NCBI GenBank assembly: GCA_040400605.1
Contig: JBBAPZ010000019.1
Coordinates: forward strand, 43,232-59,342
DNA: 16,111 nt
Direction of reading: 5' to 3'
Source: Candidatus Sericytochromatia bacterium
GTDB lineage: Bacteria; Cyanobacteriota; Sericytochromatia; S15B-MN24; JAQBPE01
Under the pieces are notes generated by a model. The model did not search any database, was not told where the DNA came from, and worked only from the letters and a program-made list of their open reading frames with translations. This document shows positions 6,441-15,267 of the stretch, in pieces (within the stretch, counting starts at the first letter, position 1; the number at the start of each line of letters is the position of its first letter). The position numbers and the translations under genes were made by a program.

Positions 6441-7493
6441 ATGCTCGCGGAACATCAAATCCTCCAAAAACACCCGCAGTCCACACGACAGCCCGAATTG
6501 CCGCATGCGGCAGGCGTCGCGCCACTGGATGAGTCCCAAGCCTATCACCTGCAATTACACGGCGCACTGGATGCCGCCGTGGCCACCCGGTTGCGACACA
6601 CACTCAGACAAAAAATGGCGCACGACACGCCACCTGAACAACTAATTCTGAATCTCGCGTCCGTGCGACGCATCGACGCGCATGGTCTCGGTGCCTTGCT
6701 GTACCTCCGTGACTTGTGCAGCCGGCATCACTGCCATCTAACCCTTCAGGCCCCCTCTCCGGCGGTTGTGAAGATTTTGCTTAAAACGCGCCTGGCAGAC
6801 GCTTTTCGTATGACGCCACCGGTCGCGTCGCACCGGCGCGACGCGACGTGGCATCACAGACTGGATCGGTGGCATACGTGTTTGGATCAATTCTTGGCGG
6901 CTGTGGGGCTTGTGGCACTCTTTCCGTTGTTGGCCCTGATTGCGTTGGCCATCAAATTGGACTCCCCCGGCCCTGTTTTTTTTCGCCAGCCGCGCATGGG
7001 TTCAGCGAAGGCAGCGCTGACCGATGGTCCGATCGAGGGCCAGATTTTTTCCATTATCAAGTTTCGAACGATGGTGCCGGATGCGGAAAAGATGTTGTCT
7101 GAGCTGCAGGCGCGGAACCAGTATGCCGACGGCGCGTTTTTCAAGTTGCGCGACGATCCCAGGATCTCTCGCGTGGGGCGTTTTTTGAGGCGGACATCCT
7201 TGGATGAATTGCCGCAACTGATCAATGTGTTAAAGGGGCAAATGCGTCTGGTAGGCAATCGGCCCCTGCCGTTGTACGAGGCGGAGGCTTTGCTTGAGCC
7301 GTGGCAACGGGTGCGTTTTCTGGCGCCGGCCGGCATCACGGGCTTGTGGCAGATCAGCGGCCGCAGCGATACCGACGCCATGGAACGTCTGGTTCTGGAC
7401 ACCTACTACAGTGCCACGCGCACCTGGTTGGGTGACTGGTGGATTCTTGTGAAGACCCTGCGTGTGTTTTTTAGGCAGAACGGTGCCCGTTAG
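6441..7493 (+). CDS. STAS (anti-anti-sigma-like) domain fused to a priming polyprenyl-phosphate phosphoglycosyltransferase (Bac_transf family)
   Basis: ATG 6441 after GAGGT. N-terminal LQLHGALDAA...LNLASVRRIDAHGLGALL...VVKILLKTRL is a STAS pattern. C-terminal IKLDSPGPVFFRQ, KFRTM, DDPRISRVGRFLRRTSLDELPQLINVLKGQMRLVGNRP and GITGLWQISGR are the PGT signature. Confidence 0.95.
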   Translation: MLAEHQILQKHPQSTRQPELPHAAGVAPLDESQAYHLQLHGALDAAVATRLRHTLRQKMAHDTPPEQLILNLASVRRIDAHGLGALLYLRDLCSRHHCHLTLQAPSPAVVKILLKTRLADAFRMTPPVASHRRDATWHHRLDRWHTCLDQFLAAVGLVALFPLLALIALAIKLDSPGPVFFRQPRMGSAKAALTDGPIEGQIFSIIKFRTMVPDAEKMLSELQARNQYADGAFFKLRDDPRISRVGRFLRRTSLDELPQLINVLKGQMRLVGNRPLPLYEAEALLEPWQRVRFLAPAGITGLWQISGRSDTDAMERLVLDTYYSATRTWLGDWWILVKTLRVFFRQNGAR

Positions 7494-7517
7494 GTCATTC
7501 TCCAAAGGAGTAAGGTC

Positions 7518-8222
7518 ATGCGCCAGTATTTTTGGACTGTTCTACTGATCGCGGGTGTTGTGGCAGCCACAGGCAGCCAGGCTTTCGCGCTTACGCCTGA
7601 CCCGTGGGCCTATGACCCCGCGTTGACGCTCGACGCCGCCTTGCAGACGGCCAGGCAGAACAACCCGGATATTGTGGGGGCGCGTGCCAAGCTTAACCAG
7701 GCCCGCTTGGAGGCGCAGGATCAAGACAATTGGTGGGCGCGTTTGTTCAAGGCGAACATCAATCACAATTTTCTGGGCGCTCCCGTTGGTCAAACGGTGA
7801 ATGCGGATGGCGTGGCGTTGCCCACAGCGGCCATTGGCCTCATCGTGAACCTGTCGGATTTGCTCAACGGTCCTCGCGCCAAGCAACGGGGGCTGGAGGG
7901 GGTCACGATCGCCGAGGCCGAACTTAACCGCACCATCGCGGATGTGTTAACCCAGGTAGCCAATGCGTACCAGAACGTGCAGATTGCGCGTGAACGCCAA
8001 CGCCTCGCCAAAGATACCGTATCGGTGGCGCACGCCGATCTCCATGTTGGTCAACGTCAATTCGCCAATGGCTTGGGCACCGCCAACACGATCCTGGGTT
8101 TGCGACTCGCGACCGAACGCGCATCCGGTGAACAGGCAGCTGCCGAGCTTGCAGTGCAGGTGAACTGGATTGCCCTCAAGACCTTGCTGGGTGCCGCGAC
8201 AACGGCCACCCCCACCCGATGA
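7518..8222 (+). CDS. Short TolC/OEP-family outer membrane protein (single repeat, 234 aa)
   Basis: AAAGGAG SD; Sec signal ending SQAFA; LTLDAALQTARQNNPDI, QVANAYQNV, RQFANGLGT and ALKTLLG are OEP-type motifs. Confidence 0.8.
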   Translation: MRQYFWTVLLIAGVVAATGSQAFALTPDPWAYDPALTLDAALQTARQNNPDIVGARAKLNQARLEAQDQDNWWARLFKANINHNFLGAPVGQTVNADGVALPTAAIGLIVNLSDLLNGPRAKQRGLEGVTIAEAELNRTIADVLTQVANAYQNVQIARERQRLAKDTVSVAHADLHVGQRQFANGLGTANTILGLRLATERASGEQAAAELAVQVNWIALKTLLGAATTATPTR

Positions 8223-8243
8223 CACCCAGAGAGGAAGCCTGCG

Positions 8244-9962
8244 ATGTCTGCCGCCACTGACCCCCAAGCCCGCGCCCTTGCTCTGTATGAGGCTCATTTG
8301 CCCTGGTTCGAACACTGGATTGCCAAGCAGCGCATGGCGGCTTCCGGCCTCGCGGTGCACGACCGGATTTTGGGCTTGCACGCGTTGTATCAGGCGGCAC
8401 AAGACTGGGTGGCTCAAACAGCCGACGTGCGTGAGGAACATTTCGTGGATTTCGCGCAGGGGCGCTTGATCGCTGCCTTTCAGGCGGCGGATCGCGTATC
8501 GGCCAACATCGCGGAAAAATCGACTGTTTTGTCGGTTTGGCAGGAACCGCGCGATACGCAAGCGTTGGCACGGCAGACGTCTTATCTGTTGGCTGAACCT
8601 TTGTCACTCCCTCGTGATGAGGTGGGGTCTCTCGGCGGCTTGCTGACGCACTGGCGGATGTTGCTGGGGCGATATTGGGCTTTGATTCTGAGCTTGGTAC
8701 TGGTTTTTGAGTGTGGCATTGCGGCGTTGACCCTGACGGTTCCGCCAACTTACCTGGCGAGCACGACGCTGAATACGGGCATGGGGCGGCGCGATCCGCT
8801 CAGCGGCGGTGGTGACTGGTTTACGCAAGGTGTGGCGATCGCCAACATCACCGAACTCCTCAAAAGCCGCAGCGTTTTGCAAGAAACCCTCGAAAGTCTC
8901 AAGTGGCCGCAATCGCCCGAGGACCTGCAAAAACGCATCACCATCACACGCTTGGGGCAGGCGGGCTTTTTGCGCATTGACGCTGAAGCCGAAGGTGCGG
9001 CGGATGCGGCTAATCTCGCAAACACGTTGGTACGGGTCTTCCTGGACATCTACGCATCCCATCAATCCAGTGACGCCCGTTCCAATCAGGCTTTCTTCAT
9101 CGGTCAGGTCCGGGTGGCCCGGCAGCGCCTGGATCGCGCGGAGGGTGCCTTGCGCGCGTTCCGCGCCAGGGCGCTGCCCGAACTCCACGCAGCGGTTCCA
9201 CAGCGTGTCAACGATTTGCTCTCACAACGCGAAGAAGCCCTTAGCACACTCTCAGCCGCTGAAGCAGGACTCAAAAGCCTGCAAGAACAATGGCGCCAAT
9301 TGCAGAACAGCCCCGAAGCCAAACGTGCCCTCGTTCACCAAGGTACGCTCGATACCCCCTTGGAACGCGTCCGTGAACTCGAAAACAATCTGCAAGACGC
9401 CCGCGAGATTTACGGACCACGCGCTGACATTGTCAAACTGTTAACCCAACAATTGACCCGTGCCCGGCAAGGCCTGGCGGTCGCGCGCGACGAAAGCGAA
9501 AGCAACCGTCCCGCCTTTGCGGAGACCAGGACACGGCTGGCACAACTGCGTACCGACGTGGCCATGGCCCGGGCGCGGTTGCAGGCGATCGACCGCAGCC
9601 TGGCCACCTGGCAACCACAAGCAGGCCTCGCGGGAACGCAGCAGGTCACCCACGAACAGCTAGCGCGTGAAGTCAAAGTCGCGGAAACCCAGTACCTTGA
9701 ACTGCAAGCGCAACTCGGGCAATCGCGCCTTCAGGCGCAAGGGGCACAAAACCTGCCCATCTCGGTCATCGATCCCGCCACGGCACCCGAACAGCCAACC
9801 AGCAACAAACTCGCACTCAAACTGGCACTTGGTGCGCCTGTGGCACTGGCACTCGGGCTCGGCTTGGCCCATTTTCTAGCGCGTCCCCGACGCAGACGCA
9901 CGCATGACCCCAAGGATGTTCCGGCCGGAGTCGATGGGCACGCTGCGGAGCAAGCGTCGTGA
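8244..9962 (+). CDS. Polysaccharide co-polymerase / chain-length determinant (Wzz/GumC-like), no C-terminal kinase
   Basis: GAGGA SD. TM1 near residue 144 followed by PPTYLASTTL and ELLKSRSVL. Long coiled coil, then VIDPATAPEQP before TM2 and a short basic tail. Confidence 0.9.
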   Translation: MSAATDPQARALALYEAHLPWFEHWIAKQRMAASGLAVHDRILGLHALYQAAQDWVAQTADVREEHFVDFAQGRLIAAFQAADRVSANIAEKSTVLSVWQEPRDTQALARQTSYLLAEPLSLPRDEVGSLGGLLTHWRMLLGRYWALILSLVLVFECGIAALTLTVPPTYLASTTLNTGMGRRDPLSGGGDWFTQGVAIANITELLKSRSVLQETLESLKWPQSPEDLQKRITITRLGQAGFLRIDAEAEGAADAANLANTLVRVFLDIYASHQSSDARSNQAFFIGQVRVARQRLDRAEGALRAFRARALPELHAAVPQRVNDLLSQREEALSTLSAAEAGLKSLQEQWRQLQNSPEAKRALVHQGTLDTPLERVRELENNLQDAREIYGPRADIVKLLTQQLTRARQGLAVARDESESNRPAFAETRTRLAQLRTDVAMARARLQAIDRSLATWQPQAGLAGTQQVTHEQLAREVKVAETQYLELQAQLGQSRLQAQGAQNLPISVIDPATAPEQPTSNKLALKLALGAPVALALGLGLAHFLARPRRRRTHDPKDVPAGVDGHAAEQAS

Positions 9963-11422
9963 ACAAGGTCTTGCTCGGTGGTCTGACATTTGGTGTCGGC
10001 GGCGTGTTGTGCGTGGCGGTTGCCGAATTGCGTTTCACCTGGCTGGTTGCGGTCGCCACGCTGGCTTTGCTGCTCTGGATACTTGGTCGCATTCACGTTG
10101 GCTTGGCGTTATTGCTTGTGTATGCCTCACTGGTTGGTTGGCTCATCCGCATGGTGAGCGTGCATCAGGCAGGACCGTTTGGTGTGGCCATTGACGCGTT
10201 GTTTGTGGCCATGGGGTTACGCTTGCTCTGGGATGTGTCGCACCGGCGCGACGTGCAGCGCTTACGCAGCGCACTGACGCCGTTGGTGCTGATTTTTGTT
10301 GGTTTTCAGTGTTTGGAGGCGTTTAACCCGGCGTCGCCGCATTGGGCGTTGGGTGTCACGGGCTTGCGCCACACGCTGCGCGCGTTGGGTTTTTTTCTGG
10401 CGTTGTATTACCTGTCCGATGTCCGTCGTATCGACACCTGGTGTCGGTGGTGGTTGGGGACGTGTGCGTTTGTCGCCCTGTATGGGATGTTTCAGCATTA
10501 TCACGGGTTGCTGTGGCAAGAGATGCAGTGGCTGTATGAGGAGGGTAACGCGCAGACGCACATTCTCGGCGGCTATGTGCGGATTTTTTCGACCGTTGGC
10601 GATGCGGCAACTTTTGGCTTTTTGATGGGGATGGCTAGCCTCGTGTGGGTGGCGCACGCTCTCCATGACAGGGGTTGGCGTGCGCTGATGTGCGTGGTGG
10701 CAGCCGTGCCCTTTTTGTATGCGATGGTTTTGTCGTATTCCAGGGGGCCGATTCTCGCTTGGTGTGCGGGTGTGGTTGCGATGTTGGTGCTGACGAGGCG
10801 GTGGTTCTTTTTGGGGCTGATTGCCTCGATGCTTGGATTGATTGGCGTGGGTGCGGGGTTGGCGCCTGGTGTTCATCCGTTGTTGGATCGGGTGCGCACG
10901 GCGTCTCGCCCGTTGGAGGATGCCAGTTTCATGGTACGCGTCAATTACTTGAGTACCCACCTGGCGGACATTGTGAATCGACCGTTCGGGCACGGCCTTA
11001 ACACGTCGGGCGGTGGTGCCACGAAGTGGGTGGATCCCCTCAGTGCACGCCGTTCGGTGGTGGGTGTGCCCACTGACAATTACTATTTCAAGATCGCGCT
11101 GGAATTGGGTTGGGTCGGATTATTGCTGTGGTTGGTGCTACAAGGGCGCATCTTGCAGGTAGCTTGGGTGGTGTATCGACGGGGCCCACCGAGCGCTTTG
11201 AGTGGCTGGGTCGCGGGGTTGTTTGGGGTGTGGGTGGCTGTTGCTGTTGGCGCGGTGTCCAATGACTATCCCATTCAGAAGCCGATCGCGGAGTTTTTGT
11301 GGTTGTCATTGGGTGTGTTGGGGCATTTGCATGCGACGCACGGGGTGATGGTTGACCGGATTGCGGGTGGTGCTCGACCGAGGAATGCAAAACATGAAAA
11401 TCACGTTAATCGCGTCAGATGA
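9959..11422 (+). CDS. O-antigen ligase / Wzy_C-family polytopic membrane protein, probable polysaccharide polymerase
   Basis: GTGA overlap with the upstream gene. More than 10 hydrophobic segments. RIFSTVGD, LSYSRG, RPFGHG and DNYYFKIALELGWVGLLL motifs. Confidence 0.88.
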   Translation: MNKVLLGGLTFGVGGVLCVAVAELRFTWLVAVATLALLLWILGRIHVGLALLLVYASLVGWLIRMVSVHQAGPFGVAIDALFVAMGLRLLWDVSHRRDVQRLRSALTPLVLIFVGFQCLEAFNPASPHWALGVTGLRHTLRALGFFLALYYLSDVRRIDTWCRWWLGTCAFVALYGMFQHYHGLLWQEMQWLYEEGNAQTHILGGYVRIFSTVGDAATFGFLMGMASLVWVAHALHDRGWRALMCVVAAVPFLYAMVLSYSRGPILAWCAGVVAMLVLTRRWFFLGLIASMLGLIGVGAGLAPGVHPLLDRVRTASRPLEDASFMVRVNYLSTHLADIVNRPFGHGLNTSGGGATKWVDPLSARRSVVGVPTDNYYFKIALELGWVGLLLWLVLQGRILQVAWVVYRRGPPSALSGWVAGLFGVWVAVAVGAVSNDYPIQKPIAEFLWLSLGVLGHLHATHGVMVDRIAGGARPRNAKHENHVNRVR

Positions 11423-12584
11423 GGTCACGGCACCTTTGTACCGGGTGCGTGCGTTGGCTCGGATGTTGCAGCGCGCATTTGATGTGGAGGTTTTGGGTTT
11501 CAGTTTTGAATCTGGCAAGGGGGACCCACGTTCACCGCGGGATTTCCCCTATACCGCCATCCCGGTGCCGCCGGGCCGTTCCTGGGTGGATGCGGAGCGG
11601 GAATTGCGCGCCCGCATCACGGGCGACTTGCTGTATGCCATGAAGCCTCGTCCCAGTTCGTTTGGGGTCGCATTGCGCCACAGGGCGTCGTCGGGCTTAC
11701 CGGTGGTGGTTGACATTGATGATTGGGAATTGTTCATGATTCATCCCTGGAGTCGTTATACGCTCAAGAACATGGCTTATGCGTTGGCGCGTCTGGATTA
11801 TCCCAATCATTATCTGGCGACGTGGGCACTGGATAAGCGCATCCGCAGTGCCGACGGCGTGACGGTGGTCAGTTCATTTCTGCAGGCGCGTTACGGGGGA
11901 GCTTTGACGCCCCAGTATGTGGATATTGATACCTTTGATCCCGCGGTTCAGCCACGTGAGGGTTTGCGATCGCAACTACGCTGTGAGGGGCAACACGTGA
12001 TCGTGTTCGCGGGTATTGCCCAGCCTGGCAAGGGGGTGGGGGAGATTATCCAGGCGTTGCAATTGTTGGATGACGCGATGCAAAACTGGCAATTGCTGAT
12101 TGTCGGGCCTCAAACGCCCTATGCGCGCGCGGTGGCCCAATGCGATGAGCGCGTGCGACTGATTGGGATGTACCCACCGTCTGCGACGCCCCAGTTCTTG
12201 GCGATCGCCGACCTCATCGTGCTCCCGCAGCAACCGGTGCCCGTCGCGCTGGGACAGATGCCCATGAAACTGTACGAAGCCATGGCCATGGGCCTGCCCA
12301 TCGTCGCGACGGCCGTCTCGGATATCCCTGAACTGCTGGATGGTTGCGGCTTGGTGGTGCCGCCGGGCGATCGCCCCGCGCTTGCCCGCGCCATCGCCAG
12401 TCTCCTTTGTAACCCCGCTTTGGCGCGTCGTTTGGGACGCGCGGCCCGGGCCCGCATCACAACCCATTATAGCTGCGACATCGGTGCGGATGAACTCAAG
12501 GCTTATTTCACCAGCGTGGCCCGCTTGATGCCCCACCGTAAATCCGGCGCAGGCCTAACACCCCTTTCGGCACCCTGCACCTGA
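11394..12584 (+). CDS. Glycosyltransferase family 4 (GT-B)
   Basis: Start reassigned to ATG 11394 (MKITLIAS; GAGGA at 11380). Motifs VFAGIAQPGKG and PMKLYEAMAMGLPIVATAVSDIPELL...GLVVPPGD. Confidence 0.93.
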   Translation: MKITLIASDEVTAPLYRVRALARMLQRAFDVEVLGFSFESGKGDPRSPRDFPYTAIPVPPGRSWVDAERELRARITGDLLYAMKPRPSSFGVALRHRASSGLPVVVDIDDWELFMIHPWSRYTLKNMAYALARLDYPNHYLATWALDKRIRSADGVTVVSSFLQARYGGALTPQYVDIDTFDPAVQPREGLRSQLRCEGQHVIVFAGIAQPGKGVGEIIQALQLLDDAMQNWQLLIVGPQTPYARAVAQCDERVRLIGMYPPSATPQFLAIADLIVLPQQPVPVALGQMPMKLYEAMAMGLPIVATAVSDIPELLDGCGLVVPPGDRPALARAIASLLCNPALARRLGRAARARITTHYSCDIGADELKAYFTSVARLMPHRKSGAGLTPLSAPCT

Positions 12585-12673
12585 AACTTTGGTCAAATTG
12601 GGCGTGCCTGGCCGCCCCTTGGTCGGGTTCAATCAAGCAGCTAAACCCAAGTTCTCTGTGGAGGCCGTCACCT

Positions 12674-13495
12674 ATGCCCGTTTTGTCCATCGTGGTGGTG
12701 AACTGGAACACGCGCCAGTTGCTTGCCCAATGTTTGCGCAGCGTGCAGCTAGAAACGCTGATTTCACATGAGATTTGGGTGGTGGACAACGGTTCCACCG
12801 ATGGCAGTGTCGAGATGCTTCGTGCGGAGTTTCCGGGCGTTCAGGTGATCGCCAATCAAGAGAATCGCGGGTTTGCCGCAGCCAACAACCAGGCGTTGGC
12901 CCGGTGTCAGGGGCAATACCTTCTGTTGCTGAACTCTGACACGATCGTTTTGTCGGGCGCGTTGGATCGCATGGTCGCAGCCATGCACGCCCATCCGACC
13001 ATCGGTGCCCTCGGCTGCCGCCTGCTCAATGTTGATGGATCCCTGCAAGCGTCTGCCCACACCTTTTACAATTCGTGGCGATCGCTCATCGAAAACCGCC
13101 TGATGGCCCGCTTGTGGCCTTTCAGGCACAGCCGCACACCCTTTCTGACTTTTTGGGACCACAGCCACCCCCGCTCTGTCGATTGGGTCAGTGGCGCGGC
13201 CTTGCTCATCAGGCGCGAGGTCTTGAAAACGGTTGGCCCGCTTGATGAGCAGTTTTTTATGTATGGTGAAGAGATCGACTGGCAAATGCGCATCAAAAAA
13301 GCCGGCTATCAAGTGTGGTTCAATCCGAACGCCAGCATCATCCACTTGGGTGGTGGCAGCGCGAAACAGGCCAAACAGGCCATGAATCGCATCGAACTGC
13401 AAAGTCGTGATGCCTTGATTCGCAAGCACTATCCGCCACGTACCCAGTCTTTTTATCGATTCAAGCGTTCCCTCGCCAGCCGTTTGCAGGGTTGA
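12674..13495 (+). CDS. Glycosyltransferase family 2 (GT-A, WbbL/rhamnosyltransferase-like group)
   Basis: GGAGG SD; SIVVVNWN, VVDNGSTDGS, NRGFAAANN, LLLNSD, DWVSGAALL, FFMYGEEIDW. Confidence 0.95.
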   Translation: MPVLSIVVVNWNTRQLLAQCLRSVQLETLISHEIWVVDNGSTDGSVEMLRAEFPGVQVIANQENRGFAAANNQALARCQGQYLLLLNSDTIVLSGALDRMVAAMHAHPTIGALGCRLLNVDGSLQASAHTFYNSWRSLIENRLMARLWPFRHSRTPFLTFWDHSHPRSVDWVSGAALLIRREVLKTVGPLDEQFFMYGEEIDWQMRIKKAGYQVWFNPNASIIHLGGGSAKQAKQAMNRIELQSRDALIRKHYPPRTQSFYRFKRSLASRLQG

Positions 13496-13499
13496 CCCA

Positions 13500-14696
13500 A
13501 TGCTGATGGCTGTTGTAAACGCCCTGCTGATCGGGGTGCAAGGTTTCGTGCTGGCGGGTGTCTGTCACCTGCTTTGGCCCCTGCTTGTCATCAGGCGCCG
13601 CGAACCGGTCAGACATTGGACCGTTTTGGGGCGATCGCCCCGTATCGCCGTCCTGGTCGCGGCCCGCAACGAAGCATCTGTCATCAACACCTTGCTGACG
13701 GCCTTGGCGTCGCAGAGTTTGTCGCGTCACTGTTTCGAGGTGCATGTGGTGGCGGATGGGTGTTCTGATCAAACGGCTGCGATCGCCCGTCGCGCCGGTG
13801 CGACGGTCTGGGAGCGTCCGATGATGCCCAGCAGCACCAAAGGCGAGGCGCTTACGTGGTTATGGTCCCAACTGGACCCTGCGGCGTGGCACGGAGTGGT
13901 CCTGTTTGATGCGGACAATGCGCCGGATCCGGAATGTCTCGCCGAGTTGACGCGGGCTTTGGAAGGTGGGGCGCAGGTGGTGCAATGCTTGCGAATTCCA
14001 GGGCATGGTGAGGCGGCTGGGGCGGCAGGCTGGGATGGTTTGGGCGAGTTGTGCCAGCAGTGGATTGGGGCCGCGGGGCGGGCGCGTTTGGGTATGAGTG
14101 TGCCGATTCTGGGGTCGGGGGTTGCGTTTCGCACGGGTTGTTTTCAGTGGTTGCTTGGGCGATCGCACCGGGTGACCTTGGTTGAGGATGCGGATTGGAT
14201 GGTGGAATTGGCGCTGGCGGGTATTCGGGTGCAGTGGTGTCCAGAGGCGCGGGTGCGGGATTGCAAGACGGCAAACTGGGTGGCCTTGCGCAGCCAGCGC
14301 CGCCGTTGGTTGGGTGGGCGAGTCCGTTTGCTGCAAGCGCGCGGGTGGGCGCTTGTGTGGGCTGGCTTGCGCCACGGGCGCTTTGGCGCGTGGGATGTGT
14401 TGTGGCAGTTGCTGGCTCCGCCGCGGATGGTGCTGGCACTTGGGGTGTTTGGTTTGGCGTTCGGCGGTTACCTGGGAATGCCCGTGTGGCCGCTCTGGCC
14501 CTGGGTTGCGCTCGCTTTGCTGCTGTATGTCGCAGTGGGTGTGTATGGGGCGGGTAACGCGCGGCCATCCAGACGCGAGGGGTGGGTGATGCTGTTGGCC
14601 CTGCCACGCTTTGTTTGGGAGCTGTTGAGTGCCGCTTTACACGCGTGGTCCGGGCGCGCGGTGGGGTGGCAGGTGACGCCGAAGGGGAGGGACTAG
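13500..14696 (+). CDS. Membrane-bound GT2, cellulose-synthase/PgaC-like (D, DxD, ED, QxxRW)
   Basis: N-terminal TM; VAARNEA, ADGCSD, KGEAL, FDADN (13908), VED (14181), QRRRW (14295-14309); C-terminal TM helices ending WQVTPK. Confidence 0.92.
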   Translation: MLMAVVNALLIGVQGFVLAGVCHLLWPLLVIRRREPVRHWTVLGRSPRIAVLVAARNEASVINTLLTALASQSLSRHCFEVHVVADGCSDQTAAIARRAGATVWERPMMPSSTKGEALTWLWSQLDPAAWHGVVLFDADNAPDPECLAELTRALEGGAQVVQCLRIPGHGEAAGAAGWDGLGELCQQWIGAAGRARLGMSVPILGSGVAFRTGCFQWLLGRSHRVTLVEDADWMVELALAGIRVQWCPEARVRDCKTANWVALRSQRRRWLGGRVRLLQARGWALVWAGLRHGRFGAWDVLWQLLAPPRMVLALGVFGLAFGGYLGMPVWPLWPWVALALLLYVAVGVYGAGNARPSRREGWVMLLALPRFVWELLSAALHAWSGRAVGWQVTPKGRD

Positions 14697-14697
14697 G

Positions 14698-15267
14698 GTG
14701 CAGGAATGGGGCCAAAAGTTGACGCAGGCTTGGCGCTACATGCTGAAGCGGCTCAACGCCTGGTGGGTGTTTCGGCGGTGCGATGCGGTGGGCCGCGGGG
14801 CACGTTTGCGTGGGAAGCCGCATATTGAGCGCAATGGCGGGCGGATTCACCTAGGGCAAGATGTTTGTATTTACAGCTATCTGGCGACGGTTGAACTGTA
14901 TGCGGGGCCGGGTGCCGAATTGGTGCTCGGGGATGGGGTCTTTGTGAATAATGGTGTGATCCTGTCGGCCAGTCAGGCCATTCACGTCGGTGCGCGAAGT
15001 ATGATTGGGCCCCATTGCGTGCTGATGGACAACGACTTTCATCGGGTGGAGCCGCAGGAGCGCCACGCGGGTGGGGTGTGTGCCCCGATCACCTTGGAGG
15101 AGGATGTCTGGCTCGGTACCCGCGCAATCATTCTAAAGGGGGTGCGGATTGGGCGAGGCAGTGTGGTGGCGGCAGGTAGTGTGGTCACCAAAGATGTTCC
15201 GGCGGGGGTATTGGTTGCGGGGATTCCTGCGCGTGTGGTGCGTACGCTCACCCCGTCCGTCAGTTGA
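14698..15267 (+). CDS. Hexapeptide-repeat (left-handed beta-helix) O-acyltransferase
   Basis: GTG start 1 nt after the previous stop. DNDFH, PITLEEDVWLGTRAIILKGVRIGRGSVVAAGSVVTKDVP and GIPARVVR. Confidence 0.95.
   Translation: MQEWGQKLTQAWRYMLKRLNAWWVFRRCDAVGRGARLRGKPHIERNGGRIHLGQDVCIYSYLATVELYAGPGAELVLGDGVFVNNGVILSASQAIHVGARSMIGPHCVLMDNDFHRVEPQERHAGGVCAPITLEEDVWLGTRAIILKGVRIGRGSVVAAGSVVTKDVPAGVLVAGIPARVVRTLTPSVS

Noticed and set aside
10262..14850. Long minus-strand ORFs (10262..10993, 11976..12536, 12764..13429, 13852..14850)
   Set aside because: Antisense shadows of well-supported EPS genes, with biased Pro/His/Gln/Arg composition expected from the GC-rich, G/T-skewed sense strand.
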